A stretch of DNA of 64,000 nt from Camelus dromedarius (GCF_036321535.1 NC_087447.1:36148001-36212000); one strand, 5' to 3'; counted from the stretch's first letter, positions 35,351 to 50,483 are shown. Numbers and translations: made by a program. The notes: generated from the letters alone by a model not told the origin.

Positions 35351-38300
35351 ACAGAAGAGAGAAGATGACCAAAGCCCTGGGTTGGGGAGAGAGGCAGCTC
35401 CAGCAAAGGGGACTGAGAAGGAGTAAGAAGCTGGGAGAAAACCCTGGAGAATGAGGGACCCCAGAGCCTAAAGGGCAGAACCTGACTGGAACAGGTGGAA
35501 GAGAACGTATGGGGTGAGGAAATGGAATCAGTAGGTAGAAGGAATCTTTCAGGTGGTTTTAATACGAAGTACAGTTGAGGAACTAACAGAACTAGAGAGG
35601 GTGTGTGTGGGAGGATTGAGGGTGTCCTTTTTTAGAGGGAGATCGTAGAGCATGGTTTGTTTGGATGAGAATGATCCAGTAGAGATGGAGAAATAGATGA
35701 TGCAAGGAACAGGTGGGCCAGCTGCTGGAGCAGGGTTTCTGAGAAGGTGGGAGGGAAGAGATCCAGAGCTTTAAGTCTCACTAGTTTCAGACGGGAACAG
35801 GGCATTTCATCCATTTGAGGGGAAGAAGGGCTGAGTGCCAGGGCTGATGCAAGGAGGTCAGGGTTGGTAAGGGGAGAGGTGGGTGTTCCTGTTCCTGTCT
35901 AATGGTTTCTGCCTTTTTCATGAGGTGTACTAGGCATCTTGGGCTGGGGGACTTCGGGGGTGTGTAGGACGCCAGAGTCACAGCCTCTCGACCTTCGTGT
36001 CTTTTGCTGACTCTTCTATGGTAACTGTGTATCGAGTCCCTGGTGATCGTCTTACAGCAAACCCTGGCTCCCTACCCCCCAGGGCCTTGGCTGAGTCCTC
36101 CCAGACCTGAGGGAAAGCAGTATGTGACAGGGTCCCCTGCTGTCAAAGGCGAACCACGTGGGGAAGCTGAGACCCTGCGACAGCTGATTATATTTCCTAC
36201 TACCTCCGTGACAATTTCTTGAGAGACTTAAGGGTTTGGGATTAATCATTTTTTTCCGTACCTAAAAAATGTTTTGTTTCAGTCTGCTTTCTTAGATTTG
36301 CTGTGAGCATTTCTGAGTGTTTGGGGGTTTTCTTTTTTCTTTGTTTGTCCCTCCTGGAATAGGGCTCAGCTAGAGGGACAAAGCATGGGCACGGATGCTT
36401 TTCTTTTCCCCAGTGGATCCTTGGACTAGAAAGTTGTGTGAGGTTTTCAGGATGCATCAGTTACTGCTGATACTTAGCACATATTTGAATACTTTCCAAA
36501 GTCCACTTCTTGAAGCAGAAAATCTTGAGCTAAGGCAGGTGGATTTTAGTTTTGATTTCTGCACTTTTGGCTCAGTTTTGGATTAATTCGGGATAAAACA
36601 TGTAAGGAGTATACTCCTGGGTCTCCCAGTTCTGGACGGGGCAATGCTATATGCCCTAAGAAGACTTCTTGTATTCTAAAACTTCTCTACTTTTCCATGA
36701 ATGCCTTAGCCAGCTGGCAGGTTGTGACAGTAATTGTGAGAACAATGTCATTAAGAGCAGCAGCAGTAATAGTAGTAGCAATTATGTAATAGCCTCATCT
36801 TTTCAAGTCCTTGAAAAATGCCAGGAGCTGTTTTACAACTGTTTTCTGATTTAATTCTCACAACAATTTGACAAGGTCGGAACTGTTACCAGTCCCATTT
36901 TATCCATGTGGAAACTCGTATAATCCTGGGCATTCGGGCAGCAAGGGACAATTGGCTTTTTCCGGTACCTTTTCTTATTTGATCCTTCTAACAGCCCCTA
37001 GAAGCAGCAAAGCAGAGGTTATTCCATTTTTCAGATGATGAAGCTCTGGTCCATGAAGGTTCAGTGATTTGGCTGAGGTGTTAGAGCTGGGACTAGACTG
37101 TAGGTCTTCAGCCTCTAATATGGTCACCATGGTAGTGGTGGTGGCTCCTACCTCAGGTCGCAGGTGGGAGCCGGCATCAATACTTGAAGGAGACTTGTGC
37201 CACATGCCGTTGCTCTGAGTCAGGCCACCCAAGGCTCACGGGGCCAGACCCCTTCTTTGTTTTGTTGGGAGTTGAGGTGCCTTGGAAGAGCAGCAGCCCT
37301 TGGTGTCCCATGCTGACTGGAGATGGTGCACGTCTCTGATTAGTAAGAAATGGAAGACATTAATTATTACATAGTAAAAATAGTTTGGCAGACACAGCCT
37401 TTCAAACATGAAACCCATGAGGGAAAAGTTTTAGAAGAGGCCTTGGGAGCTAGAGTATTACAGTGGGCTGGTCTTCAGGGGTTTCATGGAACCCTGTGGT
37501 TTGGATTCTTCCTCCAGCGGGCTTTGAAAAGTCCTGAGTCGATAAGAAGGGTAAATGGCAGAGAGGAGGGGTCTTGGCTCCTCTGAGACTTCAGTACCCT
37601 GCCCAGTGCTGGGCACTGAGTAGGCACTTGGTATTTACTGAAGCAGATCAGGGGTAGAGGAGACTGGGTAAGGTGGAGGAAGCAAAGCAGCCAGGAATCA
37701 CACCTGTCAAGGCTGGTGCCCGGACCGCAGGCTTCTTGGTTGCTGTCAAGATCAGCACTCAGAGCAGTTACCCGGCCTCCTCTGGCTTCTTCACCTCATA
37801 GTCTCATGCTCTGCATCTGGGGAATGTGGCGTCTGTTGGCCTTTAGACCAGGCCTTCCTCCTTCCTTGGTTGCCAGGCCTTGGTGTCTGCTGTCGCTCGG
37901 CTTCAGGGTCCCTGTGGGAAACAGCTGATTGCACAAGGTCTCTTCTAGCTTTACGTCTCTCAGTTTTAGCTTTGGAGCCTCCCAGGCCATCCTGTGTAAG
38001 TGTCATCCTCCAAGGGAAGGCAGTGAGGCTCTTGGGGAAGACATTTCTGAGGCTCAGAATAAGACCATGGAAGGTCCTGAGGCAGGACTGCCTGCGTGGT
38101 TTGCAGGACCCTGTAAAAAGAAAGTGCAGGGCCACTTGTTCAAAAAGCTGAAAAAAAGTGCCATTAAAGATATTAATGTGTAAACCTCTTTCCTTTCTTT
38201 TGCAGTCTTTGCCTCAACTTGTCATGACATTTTTATTTCCTATTTAATGTCATTCTAAGTTTAAAACAATTAAAAATTTAAATCATAACATAAATTTTAT

Positions 38301-41300
38301 GGTTCATCTCTATATTGTACAGTATAAAGTTTTAAATGCAAACATCAGGGCATTGACCTCACAGGCTGAGTCACCACCACCACCTCCCACTCTGAGATAC
38401 CACGAGGCAACAGCACTGGTGCTCAGGCCCCCGGACATGAATGAGGAGCAGCCATGCTGGTGGGGCTTGGGGCTCCAGGGGCCTGGCAGTGGGCAGTTAA
38501 GAACCTGTCCTAATGGGACAGGGTATGAAGACCAGGCATGAACCAAGGCTTCAAACCCTTTTGGAGTAATGCTAAATATCTAAGCTGTGTGTTTTTATAT
38601 TCAGCAAACCCATTGTCCAGTCTGAAATTACAGCAAGAGAGGAGGAGTTGGGAGTGAAGGCTGTATCAAAGGTGACAGGATGTCCAGGTGGGGGCCCCAG
38701 TTGGCCACAGGCAGCAGGTGTAGAAGGCCCTTCGGGAAAGCCTGTGAATACTGGATGGCCCAGGAAGCTGCCCTCTTGAGGTTTAATTAAGCTATTACCC
38801 AAGGGACAGTCTTCCAGGCCACCTCTAGAGAGAAATGTCCTGTCTGCAATGCATTCCTCCCCAGACAAATGTTGAACTTCATGGTGCTGAAATTTGTCTT
38901 GTAGTGTGCCAACCTGTTAATTCAAGTATTTGTCGTCTCTCTCATTGAGGTACTGCTGGGAACAGCAGTTGCAGCAACTTTATTTTGAACCAGAAAGCAA
39001 CAGTTCCACAAAGAATTTCTGGGAAACTAGCAGCTTACATCTATTTAGAAGGGAAATTCTGAAACCTTTTGTTGTCGAAGGTTAAGAAAAGGTTCTCCCA
39101 GCTTGGCAAGCTTTGGCATAATCCCACAATTTATGTTTCACTTCCTGGTTGTTTCATCAAGGGTGAAAACTGGCTCATGGATTGAAACGTTGGGTCCTGT
39201 GCGAAAGGAACAAGAGAGGTGTTGTGTAGAGAGCTGGAGGATTAAGAGCCGTGATTTGTGCCGCGGTCTCAAAACCAACCCAGAAAAGATCTGGGAAAAC
39301 CTCTTTAAGACAAACGGTGGCAAGTTGCTTTCTGAGGCTCTTTTTTTTTTTTTTTTTTCAGAGAAAGAACAGGGGTGGGTGGTGAGGGTGTTACCCCCTC
39401 TTCCTGACTCCCATGCCATGCATGTACAGAGGGTGAGTGTGAGTTTCTTGTGAGTTAATGGCATTCTCTCCATTCCTTTGGTGTTTATGGGAGTAAATTT
39501 TGGGCTTCCAAAATTGAGGACTCTGGAAAAAGGGGCTTATATTAAGAAAGCACTTCGTGATGTGGACTATTTGGTGATTTAGTGAGGTGCCTACTTTAGT
39601 TTTCTGTGTCTCTAGAAAAGAGCATGGGTGTTTTGAGTCTTTTTGCTCAATATAAGACAGCAGCATCTCAGCAAACAGGCAGGGTGTCTTCAGTAAATAT
39701 TGGCACAGGGGAAAACATGGAGGAGTGTGGTTTTATTTGTCTGTTGTTTTTAAGTGACTGTCAAAACATTTACTTGTCGATTTTCTGAACTGAAAAGTGT
39801 TTTGGGTTAATGATTTATTGTTTATGGAGTGCTTCATGAATATTATTTGGTTGGAGGCTCACAATTATGGCATTTTTAGGTGCAGAGATGTGGGCTCAGA
39901 GGGATGAAGTGACTTCCTGAAGTCATGTGCTACTTTAGCTCAGCCTTTTCAGGATTCAGGGAGGAGGATGGGCATGTTGTCTCAGACCAAGGCTTCTCAG
40001 ACCAAAAGTTTAATGTCAAGAGGGTTAAGGCCAATTCACCTGGGAGACTGGGTGGCAGAAAACGTCCTCAAAATGGTCCTCTGGGCTGTACGTCTCTGAA
40101 GGAGGATGCGCAGGCTTCCAGGAAGACACCAGCAGCTGTTGTGACTTCAGTCGTCTCTTGTCTGGACTGAGTTGTGCCAGAACACCTTTCTCTCTCACTC
40201 CAGCCTATTCATGGTCATCTGGATGTTGGCCTGGCGGCAAGGTTGGTTTTTCTTGAAGCCCAAAGCACAGCAGGGCAACTTTGTCATGCAGAAAAATGTG
40301 TGGGGGTTGTTAGGTGGTGGTAGCCTGTGTAAAGAGGCAGTGAATAAGTGCATGGGCTCTAGAATCTGATTCCTGAGAGTCTAATTCAAGCTCCTCCATT
40401 TGCAGCTCCCTGACCCTGGCAGGTTACCTACTCCCTTTGAGCCTCACTTCCTCACCAGTAAAGTGGGGATAAATGTGATAAATACATGAATTAATTGATG
40501 AAAAGCGTTTAGCAAGTGACTGGCTCATAATAAGTACCCCAAAATGTGAGCCTCTCTTCTGTACATCCATTAAGCAATGAGATGTGACTCCTGGGTCCTA
40601 ATTGTATTCAGCTGCTGCTGCAGGAGTCTGGTGCCCTTGGACTGGGGTTGCCTGGCTTATTAGGAGCATGCAAACTCTAGGACTCAACTCAGGAATTCGT
40701 TTGGATCAATAAAAACTGTGTAACCATTTTGTTTGTTAAAAAGATGTTCTTGAAGCATTTGCTTTTAAGTGGTTGAGGAAAAACTAAAAAATATGCATGT
40801 GTGTATTCAGGGGAGTGGACGATAGAGCAGATGGGGCAAAGTGTTAAGAGTGGGTGAGTCTGGGTGAGGGGTATATGGATATTCTTTGTACTATTCTTGC
40901 AACTTTTCAGCACGTTTGAAATTTTTCCAAATAAAAAGTTATTTAAAAAAATTACACTATATAACCTTGTCCCACAAGGGCTATGCTGTCCCAAGGTCGT
41001 GGGTACCTTGTCCAGGCTGTGGGGACCTGAGGACCAAGAGCCCTGGGTAATGAGGTGTGAAAACGGCTCCTGGTTTGTCTCTTACTGGGCATTTAGAGGG
41101 CTGCACAGATGTCTGATCCTTAATCTGGGCAGCCACCTGGTTATCGGCTCTCACTGCTGAAGGACGGACATTGTCTGGTGCTGCCTGGGCCACAGATGTC
41201 ACAGTAATAATCTCCAGGGTGCTTGATAGTTGAAAAACACATACATTCCTTTTAGAAGTAGGTATTTTTATTATTTTATTGTCCTCCTTTTGCAGATCAA

Positions 41301-44300
41301 GCATTTGAGGTCAGGGGTCCGAGAAGAGTAAAAAGATCTCTTCAAGGCCAGAGCATCAGTGGGGGAGCTGGAACCTGAACCTGGGTCTTCTTGACTACAA
41401 ATTTGTGCACTGTTTCTATCATGGTACAAGGTGTCTTCTGGCTCCCATCACCTCTCTTCTACCCTGAATCCTCCCTTTACAGTCTGTTCCCCAAAACTGG
41501 TCCTCAGTACCTTCCCTGATGACCCTGAGGCAGAAGCCTCCTTGGGCCTCCCTCAGAAAGTCCCCTGCAGGATAGAAGAGTGGTGGATGGGGTAGATGGT
41601 TCCCAGGCAGGGCAGTGGGTTGGATTCCTGGTGCTCTGGGGGAGTAGATCCCCCCGACTTCCCCCCCAGATGTCAGCTGACCACAGCTTAGGGGCTGATG
41701 AGCCTCTTAAGCCTGCTTAGAGCCAGGCTGTCTCTTTCAGGTTCTGCCAGAAGAGCGTTTCCAACATCACTGTTGGTGTTCTCAGGGTATTTCAGGGGCT
41801 TTTCCTGCCAAGGCAGAGCCCTCAGCCTCTTGAGGTCTGACAGCTTGAAGTTAGCATGCATTCTCTTCTAGCAGTTGCTGGCTACCTCCTGTGTTTCCCC
41901 AGAACACTGCAGTGCGCGGGGCAGGGGTGGGGGTGGTGGACAGTGTGCTCGAAGGATGAAGGGGACCGAGGTCCCCTTCCAGCTTTATACCCAGGCCCCT
42001 CCCCTTGGGTGAAGTGGGAGATGAGATTATCTCCATCCTGGGAGCTGTGGAGGAAGAGCAACGCTTTAAGTTAATGCAGTAACCTCTGCAATAATCCTGT
42101 CCTCTCCGAACCGAGTTGTCTGTGCATGTCCACAGATAGTGCCTGGCTGGAGGAGTGTTTAACCAGAGGCTGGATGGTTTTTGACCCAGGATTTATCCAG
42201 ACTCTGATGAAGAATCTACTCTTATGTCAGTCTCCACACTGGCTGATGTGGAGAGAAACTGAGGTCACTGTCTCCACCCTCCAGCAGTGCCCAGTCCAAG
42301 AGAGGAGAGGGACACTGGGCAGTTTCAATATGGGTGAATGGGGCTGGTGGCCTGAGGAGGAAGCCCTAGGAAGCTTCAGGGGGTGAGTGTGAGGTAGCTG
42401 TGGAGAGGAGCAGCCCGAGGCAGGAGGGGCCAGTGGAGGAAACACGAAGGAGCTGGGGGTGAGGGTATGTGAGTGCCTGTCTTGGAGAGGCCGGCACTGA
42501 GTTGAGTAGTAGGAAGTGGCTGGGCTTTAGGAGAGTGACGTAATCGGGGATTTTGCCTAGGGGTTCCCCAACCTCTGTGTCTGAGGGATGGTGCTGTGTG
42601 CTGGTTAAAAAATATGTATTCCAGAGTCCAAGTGCCTGGGTTGAAATGTTGGCTCTGCTGCCAGCTTGGGCAGGTCCCTCAAAGCTCTCTGTGTCTTCAA
42701 ATGTTTCTTCATCTGCAAAATGGGGACAGGGAGTTACTGCTGATTTAGAACAGTAACTAGCAAATCGTACGTGCTGTATAACCAGCATTAGCTGTTAACC
42801 ATTGTTCCTCCTACAAGGAAGCCCCCTTCTATGGTGGAATGTGTCACCATTGGCAGAAGTGCGTATTCTTTTGGGGGACTCTTCCCGAGATCAGACTAGC
42901 AGGAGGGAGAATTGTGCTTTCTTGTGGAGACTTGTCTTTAAAAGGAGGCTGGGCACTAAGTGGTCGGGGCTAAATGTCAATGAAATGATTCTTCATCTTC
43001 GAAGCCCTGTCCAACCTGAGAGAAAATTGATAGGTTCCTCGCACTTGTGTTTGACACATTTTCCAAATGGGTGTGATTGATTTCCTCCTGGCCCGCCCTC
43101 CACCGCCACCCCAGGGAGAGGGTTCCCAGATATTAGTGTTAGTGTTTGCACCGCCTGGCAGGGCATCTGAGCTCTAGGTTTTGGAGGCACTAACCCTGGT
43201 ACCTGTGTTAGAGCCCTTGATGTGGGAACAGCGGGGTGGGGGGGAGACAGGAAGTAGGCGTGGCGTTCTGGACTGGGGATGAGCATTATTACAAGCTCCG
43301 CGGGTGACTCTGATGGGCTCTGGGAGTGAAAACGTCTCAGAGCTTCAGCTTCCCGCTCTGTGCAGTGACGACAGTGCTGCTTTCCTCTCTAGTATTATTT
43401 GAGAATTAAATGTGATGGCCTATTTGAAGCTCCTAGCTTCTGTTTGGCACATAGTAGGTGCTCAGGCCTTGTGAGCCCTTTTCTTTACAGAGGACGTCTG
43501 TCGGGATTAATTAGATGGAGCTGTGAGAAAAGCCTTGAGAGAGTGTCCGTGGATACAGCTGTCTGTAAGGCCCAGCCTGTGATCCCAGTTAGATCCTGGG
43601 GGGCTGGGCTCCCCGGGGGCCTCTTGTTTCCTCCCTGGAGGTTAGCAATGTGCTGCCCTCCCCTCTGTCCAGATGGTGCTGTCAGCCCCTGAGGTTGGCA
43701 GTGGGGCTGGTCTTTTGGGTGACCTCTCAGTGGAGACTGTGTCTGCCGGGGGTGCAGGCTGGCTGGTCCACATCTCAGAACCCCATGACCACTTAGCGAG
43801 CCTTCTGAGGACAGAGGAGGGGCTGGGGCGAGGGGTGGCTTATTCTGAGTGGTTGACAGTGATAGCCAGAGCAGGCAAGCAGGCGGCAATTAAGTTGAGA
43901 AATGCGAATGCTTCCTCTGTGTGGGAGAATAAATGTGTCCCCGCAGACAGTTATGATGATGAGTGAGTCACAGAGGCGTCTGGTGTTGCAGTGTTTCCTG
44001 AGCTGGTCCTGGGGGAGACGGGTGGGGGCAGGACTGTGACTCAGTGCCATGAAGGGCTCACTAGCTCCCTGGGGACAGTGTCAGGCACAGAGTCGTTGCT
44101 CAACCAAATCGGTGTGGCTTATTTGATTTGACATTTGGCGTGATCCTCTGAACACTGGCAGGTACACAAGGAGAGAGCGTTGATTGGAGTTAGGAGTAAA
44201 TTGGGGTTGTAAGCTGCTGGGTGAGGAGGGGCACAAAGTCAGTGGTCAGGGTCCCTGGGAAAGCAGTTTGTTCTCTTCCCTGCCCATTAAAATGTTTGGA

Positions 44301-46867
44301 AAGATTTTTTTTCTCCACACATTTTGACCTGGGGATTTAAAAAAATTAGACACATGAATGCTGTGAAGCTAAATATCTATAATCACTGTACCCGTTAATG
44401 CATTTCTAAACGGAATTGGCGGCACCTGGAATTACATCCATTTACCAAGGCTTTGAGTAATTACATTTTTTTTAGCCCTGGTGTGTAGGTGGGAGCTGGA
44501 GAGAGCTCAGTCGGCCTCTACTTCAACTTTCTCTCAGCCCTCCTCACCTGAAAATGCATGGATGTGTTGGTGTGTTTGGCACCATATGGTTTCTAAAACT
44601 CAGAGGTGATATTAATTCTTTGGGGGAGGGAAAAGTAATTGGCTTCCTGGTCTGTGAATAGATGGATATTTAAATTAGAATCCAAAGCACGCTCTTCTTA
44701 TTTGAAAAGCTCCATGTTTCTGAGGAGCCCAGTGATTTGAGAGGTAATGATTGTGTCATGCAGTGATCTTGCTGGGCCTTTCCAGGCTGCTCCTTGGGGC
44801 AGAGTGGACCTGGTTGGTGCTGGATTGCCTCCTTGAGTTCATGGAAAGGTTTGAGTTTTTTTTTAAGGCCTCTGTTGGATTTTGCTTGGTTTGGGGGTGC
44901 AGTAAGCTGAGCGCTGGGGCGGGGGACTGTCACACTGAGAAGCCAATTGCTTTTGTTGAGTCCTTATTTATTTGTTTATTTTACAAATGGTTATTTGGTG
45001 CACACCGTGTGCACTGTTGTAGGGGTTTGACAGACAGGCTTATATAATCCTCGTACCTCCCCTGTGAGGCCGGTCCTCTTATGATCTGTATTTTACAGAT
45101 GAGGGAGGTTACGAATTCGCAGCAAAGTTGTTAGGTGGCAGGGCTGGCATTGCCCGTTTTAGGGATGGATGCTCCCCTCCCCAAGTCCCATCCAAAGTGG
45201 AAAGAAGATTTTGAAAATAAACTCCTCTTCATAGTGAAAAGGTGTGGCCTTTTGAGGAGCGTTAGCAGGAAAACCTCACATCTTGTGCTTTCCTGTACCT
45301 CCAGGTTATTGCTCAGATCCCAGTGCTCATGCATTCCTGGTGGGAGGAGGGGGAGGCAGTCTGTGGGCTGAAGCAGGGAGAAGGCGGCTGGCTTTTCTGT
45401 CCCCATAGTCACCTCAGGGGTGTTGTAGGGGAGTACTGGCCACATGGGGGAGTAGGCAGAAATGTCTGGCTCAGGGTGGAGCCTCCGGGCAGGGGAATCT
45501 CGCTGGGTTCTGACAGATCCACAATTTGCATGATGTGAGAAAAGGGCCCTGTAGCTCAGCCTGGGACTTACAGGCAGAGAGTCAGAGTTTAAGGTGTGAC
45601 GTGTTCTGTGGCCCAAGACGGTTTGTCTTTGCTGAAGACCTTAAGTTCTTGACTTCCTTCCTGCTCATTGATAACCCCCAACCAGCCTCCCCGATCCCCC
45701 CCAGCCCAGGCAGCCTCTGCCTGCCTCGGGTGTTGTTAGCAGGAGGGATGGGTGGAGGAACCACTTCCCTCAGTGTTGAGAGCTTCTGACCAGACTCAGA
45801 CTCACACATAGTTAAGCTGTTTCCACTCCAGGCTTTAGATAGGACACCTATGGGGTCATGAATGAGCACCCGGGCTTGGCAGCCCAACTTTGTGGCTGCA
45901 GAACAAAGTTTTAAATAAAATAGGGCAAACGCGGGTATCTACCTACTCCATAGGACTCTTGTAGTGGCTACAAACTGAGTACTGTAAAGTACTCAGTCCC
46001 CAAAACATTGTATAGTTTAACGAAGCTTGGCAAATATTTCCATTAACACAGGGTATTCTGTCTTTTTTCCGTAGCGGCTGTGCTGGTCCAAGTGAATTTG
46101 GGCAATTCCTTGTCTTCACATCCTGCAGCGACTCTTGTCTTCTGATGTACACAGAGGGTACCTGTGGATACTGCCCAGCTCAGATTCTTTAGTTATGGGT
46201 GTTTTCTAACAGAGGGCATTGAACATCCTGATGCGTTTTGCCCAAGGGGTTGAAAACGTCCAACTCTACTTGCTGTTTTTAACCATAGCTGCACCCTAAT
46301 TATGACCTTGGCTGTAAAACCTTATGGGTTTCGGCACGTCAGATACAGCTGCAGCAAAGGTTGTGTCTGGCCTGAGCCCTGGCTTGCTTCCCCTGGGCAA
46401 GGGGGAAAGTAGCCCTGGTGATAATGGAAAAATAGGGGAGGCAGGGTTCAATTTAGCATTTGCGTCCAATTTTGTTGTGAGCCTGGCACCATATTTATTG
46501 TATTCTGAGGGGATCTATCAGGGAGCCCAGGGAGCTAGCTAAGTGAGATGTCTGCACAGCCTCAGGTGCTAGGATGGTCAGGCGGTGTGTAATGAAGTGT
46601 CAGGGAAGTGGCGCAGGTACAGCATGGAAAGGAGTGTCCAGGAGGAAACAACTCAGGGACTGGAGGAGTCAGGGAAGACCTGGGGGGTCTTGTGAGCTGG
46701 GTTGGGTAGAGACGAGAGGAGGAGCCGGTGGCTCAGGCAGGGGGACCAGTATTCCTCATTTAGAGGGGTCCCTTCATACTGAGCACTCAGTGGGTGCCAG
46801 GCACCGACCTGGGCACTGTGGATACCAAAATGGGAAAAGCAGAGTAGAGAAATCAGCACTAGGAGGC

Positions 46868-47100
46868 AAAAGGGCCCAGTGGTTGGGAACATGGTCTACC
46901 ACAAGATTACCTGGGTTTGAATCCCAGCCCCGCCACTTACTAGTTTGTGGATCCTGAGCAAACTGTGTAATATGGAGCCTCAGTTTCTTCCTCTGTAAAA
47001 TGGACATAATAATAATTGTGGTGGAAATTAAATGAATTAATACAGAATACTGAGAATAGTCTTGAATATAGAAAGTGCTCTTGAGCGTTGGCTATTATTA
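46868..47100 (+). mobile_element. MIR SINE
   Basis: cctgggtttgaatcccagc...cacttactag...gcctcagtttcttcctctgtaaaatgg core. Confidence 0.75.
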
Positions 47101-49659
47101 TCACTAGAATATGAGCTTCAGAGGGGCAGGCATTTTGTCTGTTGTGTTCACTGCTCGTCCACTGGCTCCCAGAAGGTACCTGGTATCTGGTAGGCATTCA
47201 GTTAATGAATCAAGGTGCTGTTGGTGTCCTCAAGGAGCCTTGGAGCTTGTTCTCTGGTGGGGACACAGACGTCAACAACTAGAGGATACTGTGCAAGTGA
47301 TTTGATAAGGGAAGCATGGGGGCTGGAGGGGCACAGAGAAGGGTGGCTAGGGGAGGCTTCCTGGGGGTGGTGGGAGCCTGAGCTAGACCTTGAGGAACAA
47401 GCAGGGATTTGTTGGATGATGACAGAGAGTTTGGATGTTCAAGAGAGAGGAAGCAGCATGAGTACACATGTGCAAGGACATTGGGAGAGGAAGGAGGCTG
47501 CAGAGAGGGCTGCTCAGAGGATTTGGGCCTTCACCCTGAAGGTGATGTGGACCTGGGCTTACGCAGGGGTGTGACGGCCCCACTGTGGTTGTGGGGGAGG
47601 AAGGTGGGATATGCTGGGGCTGCTGCTCATTCTCCCAGACTCCAGCTCAGGAGACCATTGAGGTGGGGCTGGAGGAAGTAGGTTGAAGCCTGAGAGAGAT
47701 CCCACCTGGCAGGTGAGGGCTTGGCCTCCAAAGGGGGAGAAGTCAGGTAATCCACACGACTGTCTGGCAGCACTCCTGCCTTAAAATAGAAAGAGATGGA
47801 GATAAAGAGTGAGTGGTGGTGTGAGTGTCCGAGGGGTGACCTAGTTAGAACCTGACCCCCTGGAAGTGTAAGAGCCACCCTCGCTCAAACACCAGAGCCT
47901 TCTAAGGGGCAGCCTCGCCCTTCTTACCTCTCTCACCCCTGCTCGGCCCTGAGCCACGTGCAGAGGTCCTGTCAGGAGGAGGCCTCGCGCTGCTGATGGA
48001 GGAAGTCTGGGTCCCGGGCCCGTGTGCTTCAGGGGACGGGTGTGGGGGCTGAGGGTTAGAGAAATAAGGGGATGAAAGTAAGTTAATGGAATCAGGTTAG
48101 TGGAACCTATGTATTTAGCAATTCCAACTGAAGCAGGCTTTGAGGAAAACTTGTTTATATGTCGGCTTTTTCCCCCACAGTGTGTCGTAATTCCTCATAG
48201 ACTTAATTATCTGGCAGGCAGTAACACCCTTGTACTCCCTGTCCCTTCTCCCTCCAGCTTCCTTTAATCCCACCCGGAGGGAGCAGGAAAGAGGAGAATG
48301 GAGGAGGCTTTCGCTTTTCTCTTAGACTCTGCCTTCATTTTCCTTTGGTCTGTCCTGATTTCTCTAAGCCTTTGGGACTTATTTCTGTGGCTGATAATTC
48401 ATATGCAGAGTCTGCTGAGGGCCCTTTCCTAGGACTTTTAAACTTTAGCTGAGGTTGTGGGTATGACAGAAGTTGTGTGAAAATGCCATTTGCAGATATG
48501 TGAGGTGGAACCATCTAACTGTTGCCCTGGTGGTGTTTTTCTGGTCTGCACTCCTGAGTCAGGAAGGTGCCCCAGGCTTGTTTCTGTAACCACATAACCA
48601 CCACTTCACCACCTACTATGTGCTCGCCGGCCCTTCAGCCTGAATGGCCTTGTGAGGTCTGGGTGGCCAGCAGGGATTGCCTCCACCTATGACCAGCAGG
48701 TGGATGGTTGTATCTGGTGAATTGGAGCCTGAGGCCACGTTTAAAGTGCTGGGAACTTTGAGCCTGCAGGAGTGGGCTTCTGGTACCGAGCCTGAGGGAA
48801 TGTGCGGGAGGAAAGGGTGAGAGCCTCCGCTTCCGTGCATGGGTGGAAGGTGGGAAAGGTAGACAGAATGCTCAGGGGTGAGATGATGGCATGGAAGAGG
48901 ATTCCACAGGATCAGATCAAATATCACTTAAGGGTCTGGAGAGGATTTCGCAGACATTGAGGTACTTTTCTGTAACCAGCACTTTTCACAGATTATTTGC
49001 TTTGCTCCTCATGGTAGCACTAAAAGGTGTTATTCCCCACCCCCCTTTTATAAATGAGGATTGAGGATGCAGAGGCCCAGGGAGGCTGTAAGTCCAAGGT
49101 CACACAACTGGGAATGGCTGGTGTGTTATGACTCTGTCAGCCAGCTTTTGTACATCATGATATATATTAATTCATCTAAACCTCACAAGAACCCCACAGG
49201 TGGTGTATTATGATTTTCATGTACATACGTGGAACTGAGACCCAGAGTCACACATTTGAAGGTGGAAGGTGCTGGGCCTTGGACCCAGACCTCCAGGTGC
49301 CTCACTCGGCTTCCTTAAGAGGTAGTTCTGCTTCTGCCTGGAGTGGTTTGCCCTTGAGCCAGCCAGCTCTTCAGGGTGGGGATGGGGATGGGGATGGGGT
49401 CTGCGAAAAGGTGGCACTAGTGGTGAGTCCTGCTGGGAGAGGCCCCTCCTGGCCAGGTGAGAGTGTCCCCATCTCCCTGGCACACAAACACAGAGTCACT
49501 TGGTTTCCTGCCTACAGCTCTGCAGCCGTGCAGTTTCCACACTTGTATGCCTTATCTTTTGGTCCTCCCAGTGCACGCAGCTGGTAATGCCCAGGACCAC
49601 CTGCATCAGACTTTGGAACTTTTAAAACCTGCCGCCTCTCCTCCTTTGAAATATATCCC

Positions 49660-50295
49660 CAATTAAACCATTCTCACCACCTGTTACCTGGACCTCAGCA
49701 CTGTCGTCTGTTGCCTGGACAACTGCAGTCCCCTCCTGACTAGTCCTTGTGTTTCTCTCCCCCTCCCCCAGTACAGTAGCCAGAGATTGTTCTGTCCTGG
49801 ACGTTGGATGAGCTCAGACCACCTGAGTGTGCCCATCTCACACACAGGGGATCCAGAGTCCTCACAGTGGCCCTTGAGGCCCTGTGCCATCTGCTCCTGC
49901 CCCTAACCCCATTATCTCGTTTACTCCTGTACTCCCCACTGCTCTGCTCGAGCCACGTCGGCCTCCTTGCAGTGTGAGCACCACCGGCCTCGCTCCTCTG
50001 TCTGGAATGTTTTCCTTCAGATATTCCCATGGCCTGCTGCTCCTCCTCTTCCTTAGGTCTCTGCTCAGGTGTCACCCTTTCATGGTGGCCTTTCTCAACT
50101 CTTCTTCCCTAGCACAGCCTGTCTCTGTATTTTTTTTTTTTTTTTAGAATTTTCAACTTGAGCCAGGCATATTATACTTTAATTTGTTTGTCTCCCACTA
50201 GAATTTAACGTCCGTGATGACACAAAATAGTGCCTGTTTTGTTCAAGGCTGTACCTCTGGTGCCTGGAATAGTGTTTGGAACAAGTAGGTGTTCA
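49660..50295 (+). mobile_element. LINE-2 3' region
   Basis: ttgcctggacaactgcagt...tggaatgttttcc...ggtctctgctcaggtgtcacc...gtgcctggaatagtgtttggaacaagtaggtgttca. Confidence 0.7.
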
Positions 50296-50443
50296 GAAAA
50301 TATTTTTTTTTAGCTTGATTGAGGTTTGATTGACAAAAAAATTGTACATATGTAAGACGTACTATTTGATGTTTTGATATACATAAACATTGAGGAATGA
50401 TCACCACAATTAAGCTAATTAACACGTGTATCACTTCACATGG

Positions 50444-50447
<4 letters not shown>

Positions 50448-50483
<36 letters not shown>
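50448..50483. repeat. (TG)n microsatellite next to an antisense L1 3' fragment (~50303-50447)
   Basis: Uninterrupted TG run seen directly. Confidence 0.95.
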
